Assembly: GCA_045159875.1 (NCBI GenBank)
Contig: CP067995.1
Span: forward strand, 32,001-96,000
Direction: 5' to 3'
Source: a cyanobacterium endosymbiont of Rhopalodia gibba
Lineage (GTDB): Bacteria > Cyanobacteriota > Cyanobacteriia > Cyanobacteriales > Microcystaceae
DNA length: 64,000 nt
The position numbers and the translations under genes were made by a program. Positions 22,138 through 33,553 of the stretch are shown one piece after another (positions within the stretch are counted from its first letter, which is position 1; the number at the start of each line of letters is the position of its first letter). A model generated the notes under the pieces. It was not told where the DNA came from. It made no database searches and saw only the letters and a list, made by a program, of their open reading frames with translations.

Positions 22138-23035
22138 ATGGTTTTTCCCCGGATTGGGAAGTTTATGTGAACTATCCAGGAACTGTTTTTACACAATTAG
22201 ACGATTGTTGTCCTCGCCGCGTGTTGTGTGTCTTTATTTTTCGCGTAATTCAGAGATGGTCAGAACAAAAAGGAACTTCGTTAGTTTAATTAATTACAGT
22301 GGTCAATGCGGCATTAACATTAATATGGCGGATTCCCTCACTCTAAATCATGGCAACAACTATTGATGGATCTGTTATCGTCTGCTACATTTTTTACATT
22401 TTATTTGGAACAGTTTTTTTGTTAAATAACATAATCGGATCAAGGACATTGTCAACAATTTATCAAGGGTTATTACAACTCTCGGTAGATCGTCGTATTC
22501 AAGTAATTATTACTGCTTAATATTTTGGTTTCTTTCTTGAAAGGGCGGCAGGATTTGGCCACATGCGATAATTTGTGCGTTATTTTCTCCTGTTAGCTTT
22601 AGAGGAAACTCTCTTACTTTTGTATAGTCGTAATCTCTTTATTGTTAGGAGTCACTACAGAATTATGATTCAATAATTTGCCCATTGTCAATGGTTGAAT
22701 GTTTAGGGCAACTTTAGCTAAATTTTGATGATTATTTACAGCATATTGCTCAACAAACAGCAATTACTCATGGTTTAGTAGGAAGTCTAATACTGTTAAT
22801 TATGGTAACGATGTTTACTTTATTTTTTGGACAAAATTTGTTTTGATTTATTTGTAATAAATAATAGTGGTGACGTTGTGCACAAGTACCTTAGCTACTG
22901 TGTTGTCAGCCTATGATTCAGAAATCAATATTCTTAATCTAGCTAGTATATTCTTAGCGTTAGCTATACTCGTGTATAGTGTTATAATGATTTTGTGGTT
23001 AGTTATACTTTTGTTTAGGCTGTAGGAACGTTTAT
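22138..23035 (+). pseudogene. YihY/BrkB family membrane protein remnant
   Basis: Hydrophobic T-rich fragments, QLDDC near start, GDV segment, VIMILWLVILLF near end; many stops. Confidence 0.45.
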
Positions 23036-23466
23036 TTTAGACTGTTGGTATTGTTATATTTTTTTGATTTCAATTGAGTCCTTAAAAAAAACACAGAATA
23101 GCCAGAAATTTGATGGTTGCTTTCCAAGTGGGACGTCATCTTTGGGCAGTATTTGTTGTTGATAATATGGTGCTTATACTGCGCTGTCGTTTGCTCGAAA
23201 CAATAGAGAACAGTTGGTAACTCAATAAAATATGTTGATATCAATAGTATCTTTTTATGAAAGAAGCTACCATTAGTACATTATCAAGTCATTTATCTAA
23301 AAAGAACTTAACAATAGATAAGAAGTAATAGATAATTTTTTATAAAAAAATTATCTATTTAAGCTGACTCTCGCTTAAGTTCAAGAAAAAAAGTTACATT
23401 AAAATACTCTTTTAATTTTCGCCGTTTTTTCTTGAAATAATCGATCAGAGATCGTTGCTTAGATCA

Positions 23467-24708
23467 TCATTTATTTCCTATTGCTTTTCCTGCTAACCAA
23501 CCAGTAGTCCAGGCACTTTGTAAATTAAATCCTCCTGTCACCCCATCAATATCTAAAACTTCTCCAGCCAGGTATAAATGACGGCAAACTTTGCTCTCCA
23601 TCGTTTTAAAATTAATTTCTTTTAAGTTAACGCCTCCACAAGTAACAAATTCTTCTTTAAAAACTCCCTTGTCTAGAATTTCATATTGTCCTTGAGCTAG
23701 TTCTTTTGCTAACTTGATTATTTCCTTTTGAGATAATTCTGACCAATTTTTTTTGCAATCAATAGCAGCATGTTCTAGTAGTTTTTGCCACAGTCTTTTA
23801 GGTAAATCCAAAGGAGAAAAACTAGAAATTTGCTTATTTGATTTTTGATTTTGTGATTTAATAACTAATAGTCGTTGTTTGACTTTTTCAAAGTCATCAG
23901 GGAATAAAAAATTAATTAGTAAAAACATATTGTATCTTTTTTGATGTAATATTTTTGCACCAAATGCAGATAATCTAAGAACTCCAAATCCACTAATACC
24001 CCAATGGGTAATCAAAAGCGAGCCTGATTGTTGACATTGCTGTTTTTTTTCTGTTCCTAACAACTTTAATCCTACTTGAGCTAAACCGATTCCTTCTAAT
24101 CCTTGAAAACGAAAATCTTTGACTTTAAAGGTAAATAAAGATGGAAGAGGTGAGATAATTTTATGCCCTAAAGATTTTGCCAACTGATAGCCAGTCATAT
24201 TACTTCCTGTTGCAATTAAAACGCGATTACATTCTAAAATATTTCCTGTTTTCAACTCCACTTTAAAAGAATTATCTTTCTTGGTTAAATTAATAACTTC
24301 TGAGTTAATATCAATATTAACTTTCACTTTCTTAGCTATTTTGATTAAACAATCAATAATAGTTTCTGAAGTATCAGTAACAGGAAAAACGCGACCATCA
24401 GTTTCCGTTTTTAAAGCCACTCCCTGAGATGCAAACCACTCAATCATATCTTTAGGTTGAAAGCGAGCAAATGCCCCTCGTAATTCCCTACCTCCTCTGG
24501 GATAATAAGTGACTAATTGTGCTGGATCAAAACAGTGGTGAGTAACATTACAACGTCCTCCCCCAGAAATACGAACTTTCGTTAATACTTTGGAAGTTGA
24601 TTCTAGTAAAGTTACGCGACTATGGAGATGAGTTTGGGCGCAGGTGATAGCGGCAAAAAATCCGGCTGCTCCCCCTCCAATTACAATAATCTCTAATGAA
24701 CTACTCAA
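23467..24708 (-). CDS. NAD(P)/FAD-dependent oxidoreductase, HI0933/BaiN family
   Basis: IGGGAAG, KVRISGGGRCNVT, GRVFP, TCGGV, GEVLDIDGVTGGFNLQSAW. Confidence 0.92.
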   Translation of the reverse strand: MSSSLEIIVIGGGAAGFFAAITCAQTHLHSRVTLLESTSKVLTKVRISGGGRCNVTHHCFDPAQLVTYYPRGGRELRGAFARFQPKDMIEWFASQGVALKTETDGRVFPVTDTSETIIDCLIKIAKKVKVNIDINSEVINLTKKDNSFKVELKTGNILECNRVLIATGSNMTGYQLAKSLGHKIISPLPSLFTFKVKDFRFQGLEGIGLAQVGLKLLGTEKKQQCQQSGSLLITHWGISGFGVLRLSAFGAKILHQKRYNMFLLINFLFPDDFEKVKQRLLVIKSQNQKSNKQISSFSPLDLPKRLWQKLLEHAAIDCKKNWSELSQKEIIKLAKELAQGQYEILDKGVFKEEFVTCGGVNLKEINFKTMESKVCRHLYLAGEVLDIDGVTGGFNLQSAWTTGWLAGKAIGNK

Positions 24709-24929
24709 CGTTAAATCTTGACTCTTTTACTTTATTCTATCAATGGTTTTATTTTGTTAACTTTTGTCCTTAACTGATGACTTATCTCTCTTTACCTAAA
24801 AAATCTTCCATTGATTTAAGGCTAAATGACCTTTTAGCCTCACCTACTATCGTTTTTAGACAAAAATTTTAGTCTTGATTGTTGGCAGTTGCTATTTCAG
24901 ATAATCGTTAATCTCGTCACATTTTGACT

Positions 24930-25388
24930 GAGACATTGAGAATAACAACCGTGTTTTTAAATCTCGTCGAACTGAGGTTTAATCATAGCTGCTTTCTGTG
25001 CGTTGTCTGTGAGAATCACTAACTCCTGATATATCTGTTTGGCAGCTGTAGCGACGGGTAACACCCTGCAATGGTAGGCCAACTGCCATCAAGACTTCTC
25101 TTAAAAAAAAATGCTCTCTTAATAAAGAGACTCCTATTTGTTATAGGATAGCTAACATTGCCACATTAACGTGTAAGCAAAAAACGAGAGACTTCTTTAC
25201 GAAGGTCTCCTGGGGTTAGATTGATAATAATTTTGCGCACGGAAGAGGAAACCCAGGAATTTTTGAACGACGGTGTCAAGCAACCCGATAATGTTGATAG
25301 AGGGAAGTTCCCCTGCTATGTCTACTTCTATCTTAACTTTCATGGCACCACTTTCAATTAAAGAAGCACTTTTAACTCTTGCCAATAT
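24930..25388 (-). pseudogene. comM: ComM/YifB Mg-chelatase-like AAA ATPase, 5' remnant
   Basis: ARVKSASL..KVKIEVDIAGELPSINIIGLLDTVVQ, then SLDGS, AGVLPVATAAKQ, DNAQKAA in shifted frames; ATPase domain absent. Confidence 0.75.
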
Positions 25389-25721
25389 TCTATTCTAGTT
25401 TTTAATTACTTTCTCTGATTTTAACTAATTTAATTAACCAATATCACAATTTTTTAAGATATTTTTACACCAAGTGATTCCAGTAAAATGGAGATCAAAA
25501 CTACCTAATGTATATTACATTTCATCTAAACTACTAGATTTACTAAATTCTAAATTAATTAATTTTTATATCTTTCAGAAACCTAATTTTTATCTAAAGA
25601 CTATCTTATAAGACCTTCCACCATGTAGGGTTACAGTGGTTTATTCTAACATGAAAGCGACGATAAACTTTAAATATTTGGTATAAAAATAATCTAAGTA
25701 ATTCTCAAGATAACTATTGTT

Positions 25722-25767
25722 TTTCAGGACAGAGTAATAACATTAACGTTATTACTCTGTCCTGAAA
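25722..25767. terminator. Perfect 20-bp hairpin downstream of MIF-like gene
   Basis: TTTCAGGACAGAGTAATAAC-ATTAAC-GTTATTACTCTGTCCTGAAA. Confidence 0.7.
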
Positions 25768-25790
25768 TCAATCAAGGTAATTAATAACTT

Positions 25791-26141
25791 TTAAAAAGTT
25801 TCTCCATTCCATCCCCACATAGGTCTTTCAGCATTAGTAAACTCAATGTAAATACGATTTGTAGGCACTCCTAATTTATCTTGTATTTCCTGACAAAAAT
25901 CTTTACTCATAGATTTAGTTTGTTCTGGAGTCATTTTTCCAATATTTTTAATTTCTACATAACAAACGGGATCAAAAGTTCCTCCAAAAGTCATTTGTAC
26001 ATCAGGCTCAAAAGCAGTCATTACATAAGCTTCTGGTTTACAAAAATGCTTAGCGAGCTTTAATGAAAGACTTGTTAATAAGTTTTCCACAACAGATGAG
26101 CTGGTTTTGGAAACAGATGATTTTATCTTGATTAATGGCAT
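25791..26141 (-). CDS. MIF / phenylpyruvate tautomerase family protein
   Basis: Catalytic Pro after Met (MPLIKI), KPEAYVM, MTFGGT, RIYIEF, WGWNGETF. Confidence 0.88.
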   Translation of the reverse strand: MPLIKIKSSVSKTSSSVVENLLTSLSLKLAKHFCKPEAYVMTAFEPDVQMTFGGTFDPVCYVEIKNIGKMTPEQTKSMSKDFCQEIQDKLGVPTNRIYIEFTNAERPMWGWNGETF

Positions 26142-26281
26142 TTGACTCTTTAATATTTTCTTTAAAACATTTCAACTGCTAAGAATAGCAACAAAAGGAA
26201 ATCGATGAAATAACTTTTAAAAAAGTAGATAATCAATAAACTTATTGATTGCTTGTTAATTGCTGTTTACTTAGAACTGAT

Positions 26282-26764
26282 TTAACCACCATATTGCCAA
26301 CCCGTACTTTCTAATAATAATGGTTTTCCTTCACGATAAATTCCTGCACTAATAACCTCTCCAACAAAGACGGTATGATCTCCTTTTTCGACAAAACCAA
26401 CCACTTTACATTCCACATAACCAAGAGAATCTTTAATGATAGGACATCCGGTTTCAGTTCCCTCAATAAATTCTACGTCTTCAAGTTTATTTCCAACACG
26501 ACGTTTAGGTTTAAAAAATTTAGCTGCTAATTCTTTTTGTCCATCTTCAAGGAAACTCAAGGCAAAAACACCACTTTTTTTAAGTATTTTGTGAGAACCA
26601 GAATCATTTTTGACGCAATTAATTACCAAAGGAGGCTCAAATGAACCTTGCATTACCCAACTTGCAGTAAATCCATTTAATTCTTCTCCATCTTTGACAC
26701 CACAGATATAAAGTCCGTGAGGAATTTTGCGCAACATGGTTTTCTTAGCTTGTTCGTCTAACAA
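26282..26764 (-). CDS. Flavin reductase family protein
   Basis: NGFTASWVMQGSFEPPL, GDHTVFVGEV. Confidence 0.9.
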   Translation of the reverse strand: MLDEQAKKTMLRKIPHGLYICGVKDGEELNGFTASWVMQGSFEPPLVINCVKNDSGSHKILKKSGVFALSFLEDGQKELAAKFFKPKRRVGNKLEDVEFIEGTETGCPIIKDSLGYVECKVVGFVEKGDHTVFVGEVISAGIYREGKPLLLESTGWQYGG

Positions 26765-26942
26765 GGTTTCTTCTCTCCGTAACTTGTGAATCTCTGTTTA
26801 TATAGTATCAAAAATTATGACTGAATTATCACCAAATATATTAAGCTCAACTGCTATACCATTAATGGTTAAATTATAAACTACAACAAAGTCTCCTGGT
26901 TTGTTGATAATAGTACACTTAAGTGATAAAGATGGTAACTTA

Positions 26943-28187
26943 TTAATCAAGGCTATCTTTTAAATTAAAAAATAAAGTTGCTAAAATAGTATTAGAGAAT
27001 AGAAATCCTTCAGGATCAGTTAATTTTAACTTAGTATTTTCTGGTACTGTTTTGATATTGTTTAGTACTATTTTATTATCTTGATCGTCAATTAAACTAA
27101 TTAAATTCTGTTGGTAATAAGGAGACAGACAGGCTACTATTCTATTAGTTATTTCTTCCCCAAAATCTGCTTTTATTAAAGATAAATTTATACCTTCAGA
27201 TAACCTTAATTTTAGCATTAAACTTTCCAGTAGAATATCTCTATTAGATAATTTAGGACAATCAATAAAGCCGCCTGATTGTGACAACTGATTTACCCAT
27301 GAATAATAATATTTTCGTGTACGAGGACGAGTAAACCGTTGTTGATTTGTGTAACTTGCTGCTCCCATTCCAAAGCCATAGTAAGGCTTATTTTCCCAGT
27401 AAACGCGGTTATGACGACACTGGTAACCTAGCTTAGCATAATTAGAAATTTCATAATGTTGATATCCTGCTTCAGTCAATAATTGTTGACCAAGACGGTA
27501 CATTGTTGCAGTTGTCTCATCAGTAGGTAATGGACTTTTTCCAGGTTGATATCGTTTCCCAAAAACTGTAACAGGTTCAAGAACTAAATCATAACAAGAT
27601 AAATGGTATGGGTCAATTTTTATCGCAGTTTCTAAAGAAATTCGCCAATCTTCTAAAGTTTGATGAGGCAACCCTGATATTAGATCAAGGCTAAAATTTT
27701 TAAAGTTAACTTGATTAATCCAATCTACAGCTCTAAAAATATCATCAATTCGATGAGTTCTTCCAGAAATTTCTAATAAATTATCTTGAAAGCCTTGACA
27801 ACCCAAACTAATTCTATTGACCCCTACAATTTGATAATTTTGTAATTGTTTAAGACTAAAAGTTCCAGGATCTATCTCCAAAGAAATTTCTACATTAGAA
27901 ATAATACCTAAATGTTTATCTAAAGTTAATAAAATCTTTTCCAAATAAAATGGAGATAATAAAGATGGAGTTCCTCCTCCGAAAAAAACTGTTTCCAGAA
28001 GACTATTTTGAGATGGAGTAGCGGTAATTTCTCGACATAATACTTCCACGTATTCAGAAATAGAAGAAGATTTTTCAATATCGATTTTATTTCCTAACAC
28101 CGATATTGGAAAATCACAATAGTAGCAACGACAACGACAAAAAGGAATATGGATATAAGCTGCTTTAGGAAGATTACTTAATTTCAT
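26943..28187 (-). CDS. hemW: Radical SAM heme chaperone HemW (HemN-like)
   Basis: YIHIPFCxxxCYYCDF, FFGGGTPS, HYEISNYA, HNRVYW. Confidence 0.88.
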   Translation of the reverse strand: MKLSNLPKAAYIHIPFCRCRCYYCDFPISVLGNKIDIEKSSSISEYVEVLCREITATPSQNSLLETVFFGGGTPSLLSPFYLEKILLTLDKHLGIISNVEISLEIDPGTFSLKQLQNYQIVGVNRISLGCQGFQDNLLEISGRTHRIDDIFRAVDWINQVNFKNFSLDLISGLPHQTLEDWRISLETAIKIDPYHLSCYDLVLEPVTVFGKRYQPGKSPLPTDETTATMYRLGQQLLTEAGYQHYEISNYAKLGYQCRHNRVYWENKPYYGFGMGAASYTNQQRFTRPRTRKYYYSWVNQLSQSGGFIDCPKLSNRDILLESLMLKLRLSEGINLSLIKADFGEEITNRIVACLSPYYQQNLISLIDDQDNKIVLNNIKTVPENTKLKLTDPEGFLFSNTILATLFFNLKDSLD

Positions 28188-28399
28188 TTGTTTAACTATT
28201 TAAAAGAGTCTGATGGAAAATTTTAGAGAAAACCTTTAATAATTTGGCTGATTTTTTTAGACTTATTAAGGTTAAAACTAAGAAGAATAAGTCCGAATGT
28301 GAGAAGATATAATGGATAGATTAGTCCAGTACCATACAAAATCAGGAAAATATCTTGATTTTTTTGCCTAAACTTCCTAAATATTGATGTAGGATAAGA

Positions 28400-29503
28400 C
28401 TTATTCTTCATCTCATTATTATCCTCATCCTCATATTTATCCTAGTAGCCGCTGGAATCGGTTTTGATAGCATTGATTTGTTACCATATGTTGTTGTTCG
28501 AGAGCAAGTCTCTAACTTGGAAACCTTCCGCTGGTTAATAGTTGGTTTTACTTCAATTATTGGACTAGCCTCTGGCTTAGTCGCTCAAACCACATATCGT
28601 CGTTTAGAAAATAGAATTAGTAGTACCCCTATTGAAGTCATTTTGACACGGGCTGTGGAGCTAGTCATTGGGTTATTAATTGCTAACCTCTTGTTAGCCC
28701 CTATCTTTCTACTTCCTATTCCCAGACAATTGCTCTTCATCAAACCAATGGTTAGGATGTTAGGGAGTGTTGTCTTCTCTTCCATGCGTATTAGTTTAGC
28801 CGATACCCATGGACGCAGTTTCTCTTTCTACGACTGATTAACTCCAATAGCATTGAAACTATGTTAGTAGACGAAGGGACGTTCAAACCAACCTCTACTA
28901 AGGTTCTCGACACCAGTTATATCATTGACAGTCGTATCGAATAACTTCTCAAAACCGGATTTATTGAAGGACAGTTGCTAGTTCCCCGATTTGTTTTACA
29001 GGAATTACAACAACTAGCCGATGGCAGTAATGCTCAAAAAAGGGTTCGGGGACGGCGAGGGTTAGATATCCTCAACCGAATACAAGAGGCATTTTCTCAG
29101 CGGATTATTATTTATCTAGCAGATTATGAGGAGATTACTACCATTAATACTCAATTAGTCCGTCTAGTTCATAAAATTCAGGGAATATTGCTAACAAGTG
29201 ACTATAATCAAAGTAAAATAGCCAATTTACAAAAAATGGTTATTCCCAAACATTAATGATATTGCTCAAGCTATTCGCCCTATTTATCTTCCACGAGACA
29301 CCATCAAACTTAAGATACTTAAATAAGGAAAAGAACCTACTCCTTGAGTAGGATATAAGATATCTCGAAGATGGGATAATGGTAGTCGTAGAAGAAGGGA
29401 AGGAGTATGTAGGGGTGAAATACAAGTTATTGTAACTTTTGCGGCACAAACTTCTGCCGGACAGATAATTTTTGCTAAACCACCACCGGTGATAGCTTCA
29501 TAG
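28400..29503 (+). pseudogene. PIN/TRAM domain membrane protein (YacL-like), disrupted
   Basis: TM N-terminus, KVLDTS, VPRFVLQELQQLAD..RGRRGLDIL, YLEDGIMVVVEEG, QTSAGQIIFAKP; frameshifts near 28830 and 29250 and in-frame stops. Confidence 0.85.
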
Positions 29504-29825
29504 ACATCCTAGACAAACAATATTCTCAGATAATCCCATGAATTCGCACGGTGGGGTTTTTCATTGATTATTTTTGAGCCATCAATTTGTAATAACATCG
29601 AACCGAACGTCTCTGAAAAAACTTCAGTTACCATTTTTAGTGGGCAACCTATTTACAAATAGGGTCTATTTTTCGTTCCCTTTCTGGGTTCACCATCGTG
29701 AATACACTCAATAAATTTCTGACGGCACTATTATTTTACTTTATATCTATAAAGTAGAATAATAAAACCAACACTTTCATTCTCTGGTAAAAACCATCTT
29801 ATATATCTGTTAATTGTTTAGAATT

Positions 29826-31427
29826 TTACCTTAATCCTAAAACGTTCTGTAGGATCGCTCTATCTTCAGGTTTTGCAGAAAACCGTCCCCTTTCTAAATC
29901 TCGAATCCAACTTTGACTTTTCCCCAATTTCTCTGCTAATGCCCTTTGACTCATTCCTTGACGCTGCCTGGCAGTTAAAATTTGTTCAGCCGTGAGATTA
30001 GATAATTTTTTAGAACGACTTTTCCTGTTGGTAAGTTGTTGTTTTTTACGCTCAAATTTAGCCAGTTGTTCTTCCCACTCCGGGGGTAATTCAAAGTTAC
30101 GAATGCGCGCTTTCATTAACTGATTCCATTTTCCACGACGACCGGCATCAGTAACGCGATTCTCTTGAGAACCGTCATTAATCCAAAAGTCTAAGGCTTC
30201 ATCAGCATCATCAGGTAAATCCGCCAATTTTACCCACATCGGTTGAATGGTTTCAGGATAGGAAACAGGATCAAAAACAGCTTTAATACCATAATGGTTA
30301 AGCACTTCGAGGTCACTTTCGAAAGAACGAATGAGTCGCTTTCGTTGTTCCCGTTGCAAGTTTGACTGGTTGATTTTTCCTTGACCATAAGCCACTCGCA
30401 TTAAGGTAGAAACTGTTAAACATTGTTTTCGGCCCATTTTACTTTTAAATAGTAACCACAACATAATCCGAACTGCTCCTTGATGTTGCTGCCAGATACT
30501 CATGACTGTCGTTAAAAGAAACTTAGGTAATGACCCATATTGATAAAAAGCAATCCGTCGCTTATAACCTTGTTTATTCAAAAAATACTTTGCCCACAGT
30601 CCTGGTTTTATGGCAAAAGTTAGTCCAATTAAATGTTGACATCCCGAGTCGTCTTGCTGAAAATGATGTTGAATATCTAAAATATGCCATAGGGGACTTT
30701 CAGGAACCGTAAATCCCTCAACTTTTCCTTGTTTTGGCCAATCAACTGTTACTCTAAGTTGGCTTGATTGTTGTACTAATGCTTTAATTAAAGATAGCTT
30801 TGTCGCTTTACTAAGATCTTTACGTTTATCTAAACCTAAATAATCTTCAATTTGTTGATCACTAATAATAAACTCTTGCTCCCAAGGTTTATCTAATGTA
30901 GTTGCATAAGCTGAAAAAATAAGATGTAAACTTGCCGAACGAATATCAATCGTTTTTAAGTTAGAAACATTAGATACATAGTTACACTCTTCAGAAGAAG
31001 CTGATTCTAAAGTATCATTTAATCGAAAAATCATTGTCCCACGACCTTGTTTAACCTCTCGTTGATAATATAGTGTTCCATGATCGTCTTTTTCCCAAGG
31101 TAAAACCGCCGCACTAGTTAACACATTGCATCCTTCCCAAATGACCATTGATGATGCAAACGGAGTATTATTTCCATTGACAAAAAGTTCATCAGAGGTT
31201 GCTATTCTCGAAACACTTTTATACCTACCTTTTTTTGCCTGAACAGGAAGAGGACTACTGATGGGACATTGGACAATACATTGAGGTTCTGAAAAATAGC
31301 CTTCACAATTGTTACATAGTCCCTGATCAATCAGATACTCTCCATCCTTGATTTGAATTGCCCCAGTAGGACATTTTATTTGACAGGGGGTACAGCTTGG
31401 ACAACTGTTGGCAATTGTATAGGACAT
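29826..31427 (-). CDS. cnfR: CnfR (PatB), master transcriptional activator of nif genes
   Basis: N-terminal 2x[4Fe-4S] ferredoxin motifs (CPSCTPCQIKCP; CNNCEG..QCIVQCP), conserved core FYQYGSLP..SIWQQHQGA, C-terminal XRE HTH SQRALAEKLGKSQSWIRDLE. Confidence 0.9.
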   Translation of the reverse strand: MSYTIANSCPSCTPCQIKCPTGAIQIKDGEYLIDQGLCNNCEGYFSEPQCIVQCPISSPLPVQAKKGRYKSVSRIATSDELFVNGNNTPFASSMVIWEGCNVLTSAAVLPWEKDDHGTLYYQREVKQGRGTMIFRLNDTLESASSEECNYVSNVSNLKTIDIRSASLHLIFSAYATTLDKPWEQEFIISDQQIEDYLGLDKRKDLSKATKLSLIKALVQQSSQLRVTVDWPKQGKVEGFTVPESPLWHILDIQHHFQQDDSGCQHLIGLTFAIKPGLWAKYFLNKQGYKRRIAFYQYGSLPKFLLTTVMSIWQQHQGAVRIMLWLLFKSKMGRKQCLTVSTLMRVAYGQGKINQSNLQREQRKRLIRSFESDLEVLNHYGIKAVFDPVSYPETIQPMWVKLADLPDDADEALDFWINDGSQENRVTDAGRRGKWNQLMKARIRNFELPPEWEEQLAKFERKKQQLTNRKSRSKKLSNLTAEQILTARQRQGMSQRALAEKLGKSQSWIRDLERGRFSAKPEDRAILQNVLGLR

Positions 31428-32539
31428 AGCACTTTCTGCAGAATTATAATTCGTGAAAAAATCAGCATCTTAAATCTAAGATGGGCTTGATACAACATAA
31501 ATTTTGCCTATCTAGTTTGATTAACAGACATATCAGATATCAATCAGAAAATCACCTTAAAATTTTATATTCGGAAGATTATTCCCTGATTCTAATAACC
31601 AGAAACCGACAAGCAAATTTATCAAAATTCAAAAAACTATAAAACGACCACCACAATCGCCGAGTATAGTCATCTTTAGATAATTAGTAAACAACATCAA
31701 CGAGCATAATTATCTGTTTTCATCAAAAATGTATGCCACCATGAAGGTTCACTTTCGTTACCCGTTTATGCTATACGATGAAACTACTCCTGTTCCTAAT
31801 GTTATTCACGAGATGATCCACATTCTGTTTACAATGAACATTGTATTATAATTTCCTATCCATAAATTATGTTTTAAATTTTCCTAAATTCATTGCCTAA
31901 GACTATTCTAAGTATGCAACTTTCTATGTTGTATATTAAATTGGTAGTAACAGCTATTCATTATTAAAAATAGGAAACCGCTATAAATAGCTATTCTAGA
32001 CTGAGGATGTTAGATTGACAACTGATAACTTCCAAGACTTTTATTCCGACTGCACTCTATAACTCCAATTTTTGTATAGAAAAAAGTCTTTATAATCCTG
32101 TAAACTTTAAGTTTTTTTATTATATTTCTTTTCCCATATAGTCTAGAAGAGCTATGTTAATTCATCTACTAAAAAAGTTAGTTTAAATAAGTAAAAAATA
32201 TAAACTAGTTTAAAAACAGCGATTACTCGATGTTAACCTACCTAAAAGTTCAGGCAAAAGAATTGAGGAAAGCAAGAACTATCAAAGTTGACTCACAATT
32301 CATGAATTCCTTTCAAAACACAAAAAAAATTAGAAATAGTATATTTAAGTGCAAGAGGATAGAAAGTTAAATAAATTATCAATTTGATAACACTATCTGT
32401 AAATAAAATTTAAAAAAATATTTTTTATATGAATTGTCAAAGGAAGAGATAAATGGGGCAATTTTCCAAAAAGTATAAGAAAAAAACATTATGCAGAGCT
32501 TTTTGTATAAAAATTAAAGAGATAAAAATAAAGTTTAAT

Positions 32540-33200
32540 TGTTAATTAAAAGCTATCGTTATCAGGTAAATAATTACATATAATTGGCATGCAAATTAAA
32601 TCATGTTATATTTAGCTATTTAACGTAATTTTTACTTATGGAACAGTAGGTCTAATAGATATAGAGTAGAATTAAATTATCAAAAAGAAGATAGATTCCA
32701 AAATATAAAAGCAATTTTAAATATTTATAAAAAGAATATGTATAAAAAGAATACATAGAATAAACAATAAACAAAGAAAATACTTAATAGATAATGATAT
32801 ATCTGGAATTGAAATAGTTGATATTCAATGAAATTGCTGTGATTAAAGAGAAAAAGGATTTTAATTAAAGTCGAAGAAGTTGGCGTAAATTTTGAATAAT
32901 ATAAATATTATTAATTAATAAACACAATTTTTAAACAAAAAAATAAACCCATAAAATTTTTTAAGGAAAGGAAGTATGTGAAAATAAAAAATACAGTGAA
33001 GATAAAAGAATAAAGAATAATAACTTTTAAGAACAACTTAACTTATATAATTAATTGGTTAAGATCAAATAAAACTGAAATAATAAAAAAAGAATTATAT
33101 CTAGTTTCTTTGTTAACTTATAATCCAGAACTAAATATAGTAGCAGGGAAATAGTATCAAAAAAATATAAAATTCTAGAATAAGTATTCGAAAATGAACA
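32540..33200 (+). mobile_element. Very old ISL3-family transposase fossil
   Basis: LK*LIFNEIAVIKEKKDF (32809-32862; cf. LKRLGIDEIALVKG) and KVEEVGVNF in an A-rich tract. Confidence 0.4.
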
Positions 33201-33553
33201 TAATTAAGTAACTATAGAGAGATAAAATATTGTTTTTGATGTTTATTTAGAGCTATTCACTTAGTAACTGTTTTAGACTCAGTTTTTCTTATTTTATTTT
33301 TGCTTATCTATTTATAGAAAATTAATGATAAATTGGTAGAATGTCCTTGTCAATTACTCCAAGTTGATTGTAAAGTGATTTTAGGAAAATCGATTACTAA
33401 TAATTTTAAGAAAAATAATTGAGTTATTATTGATGTTACTGTACTGAGCCGTTGTGTATTTTAAACTTTGGTATAGTCTAAGTCTATAAAAACTGTCAAT
33501 TGATCTCTCCTATCACTCTCTCTTTCTCTTAGTCTCAATTACCAATTTAGATA

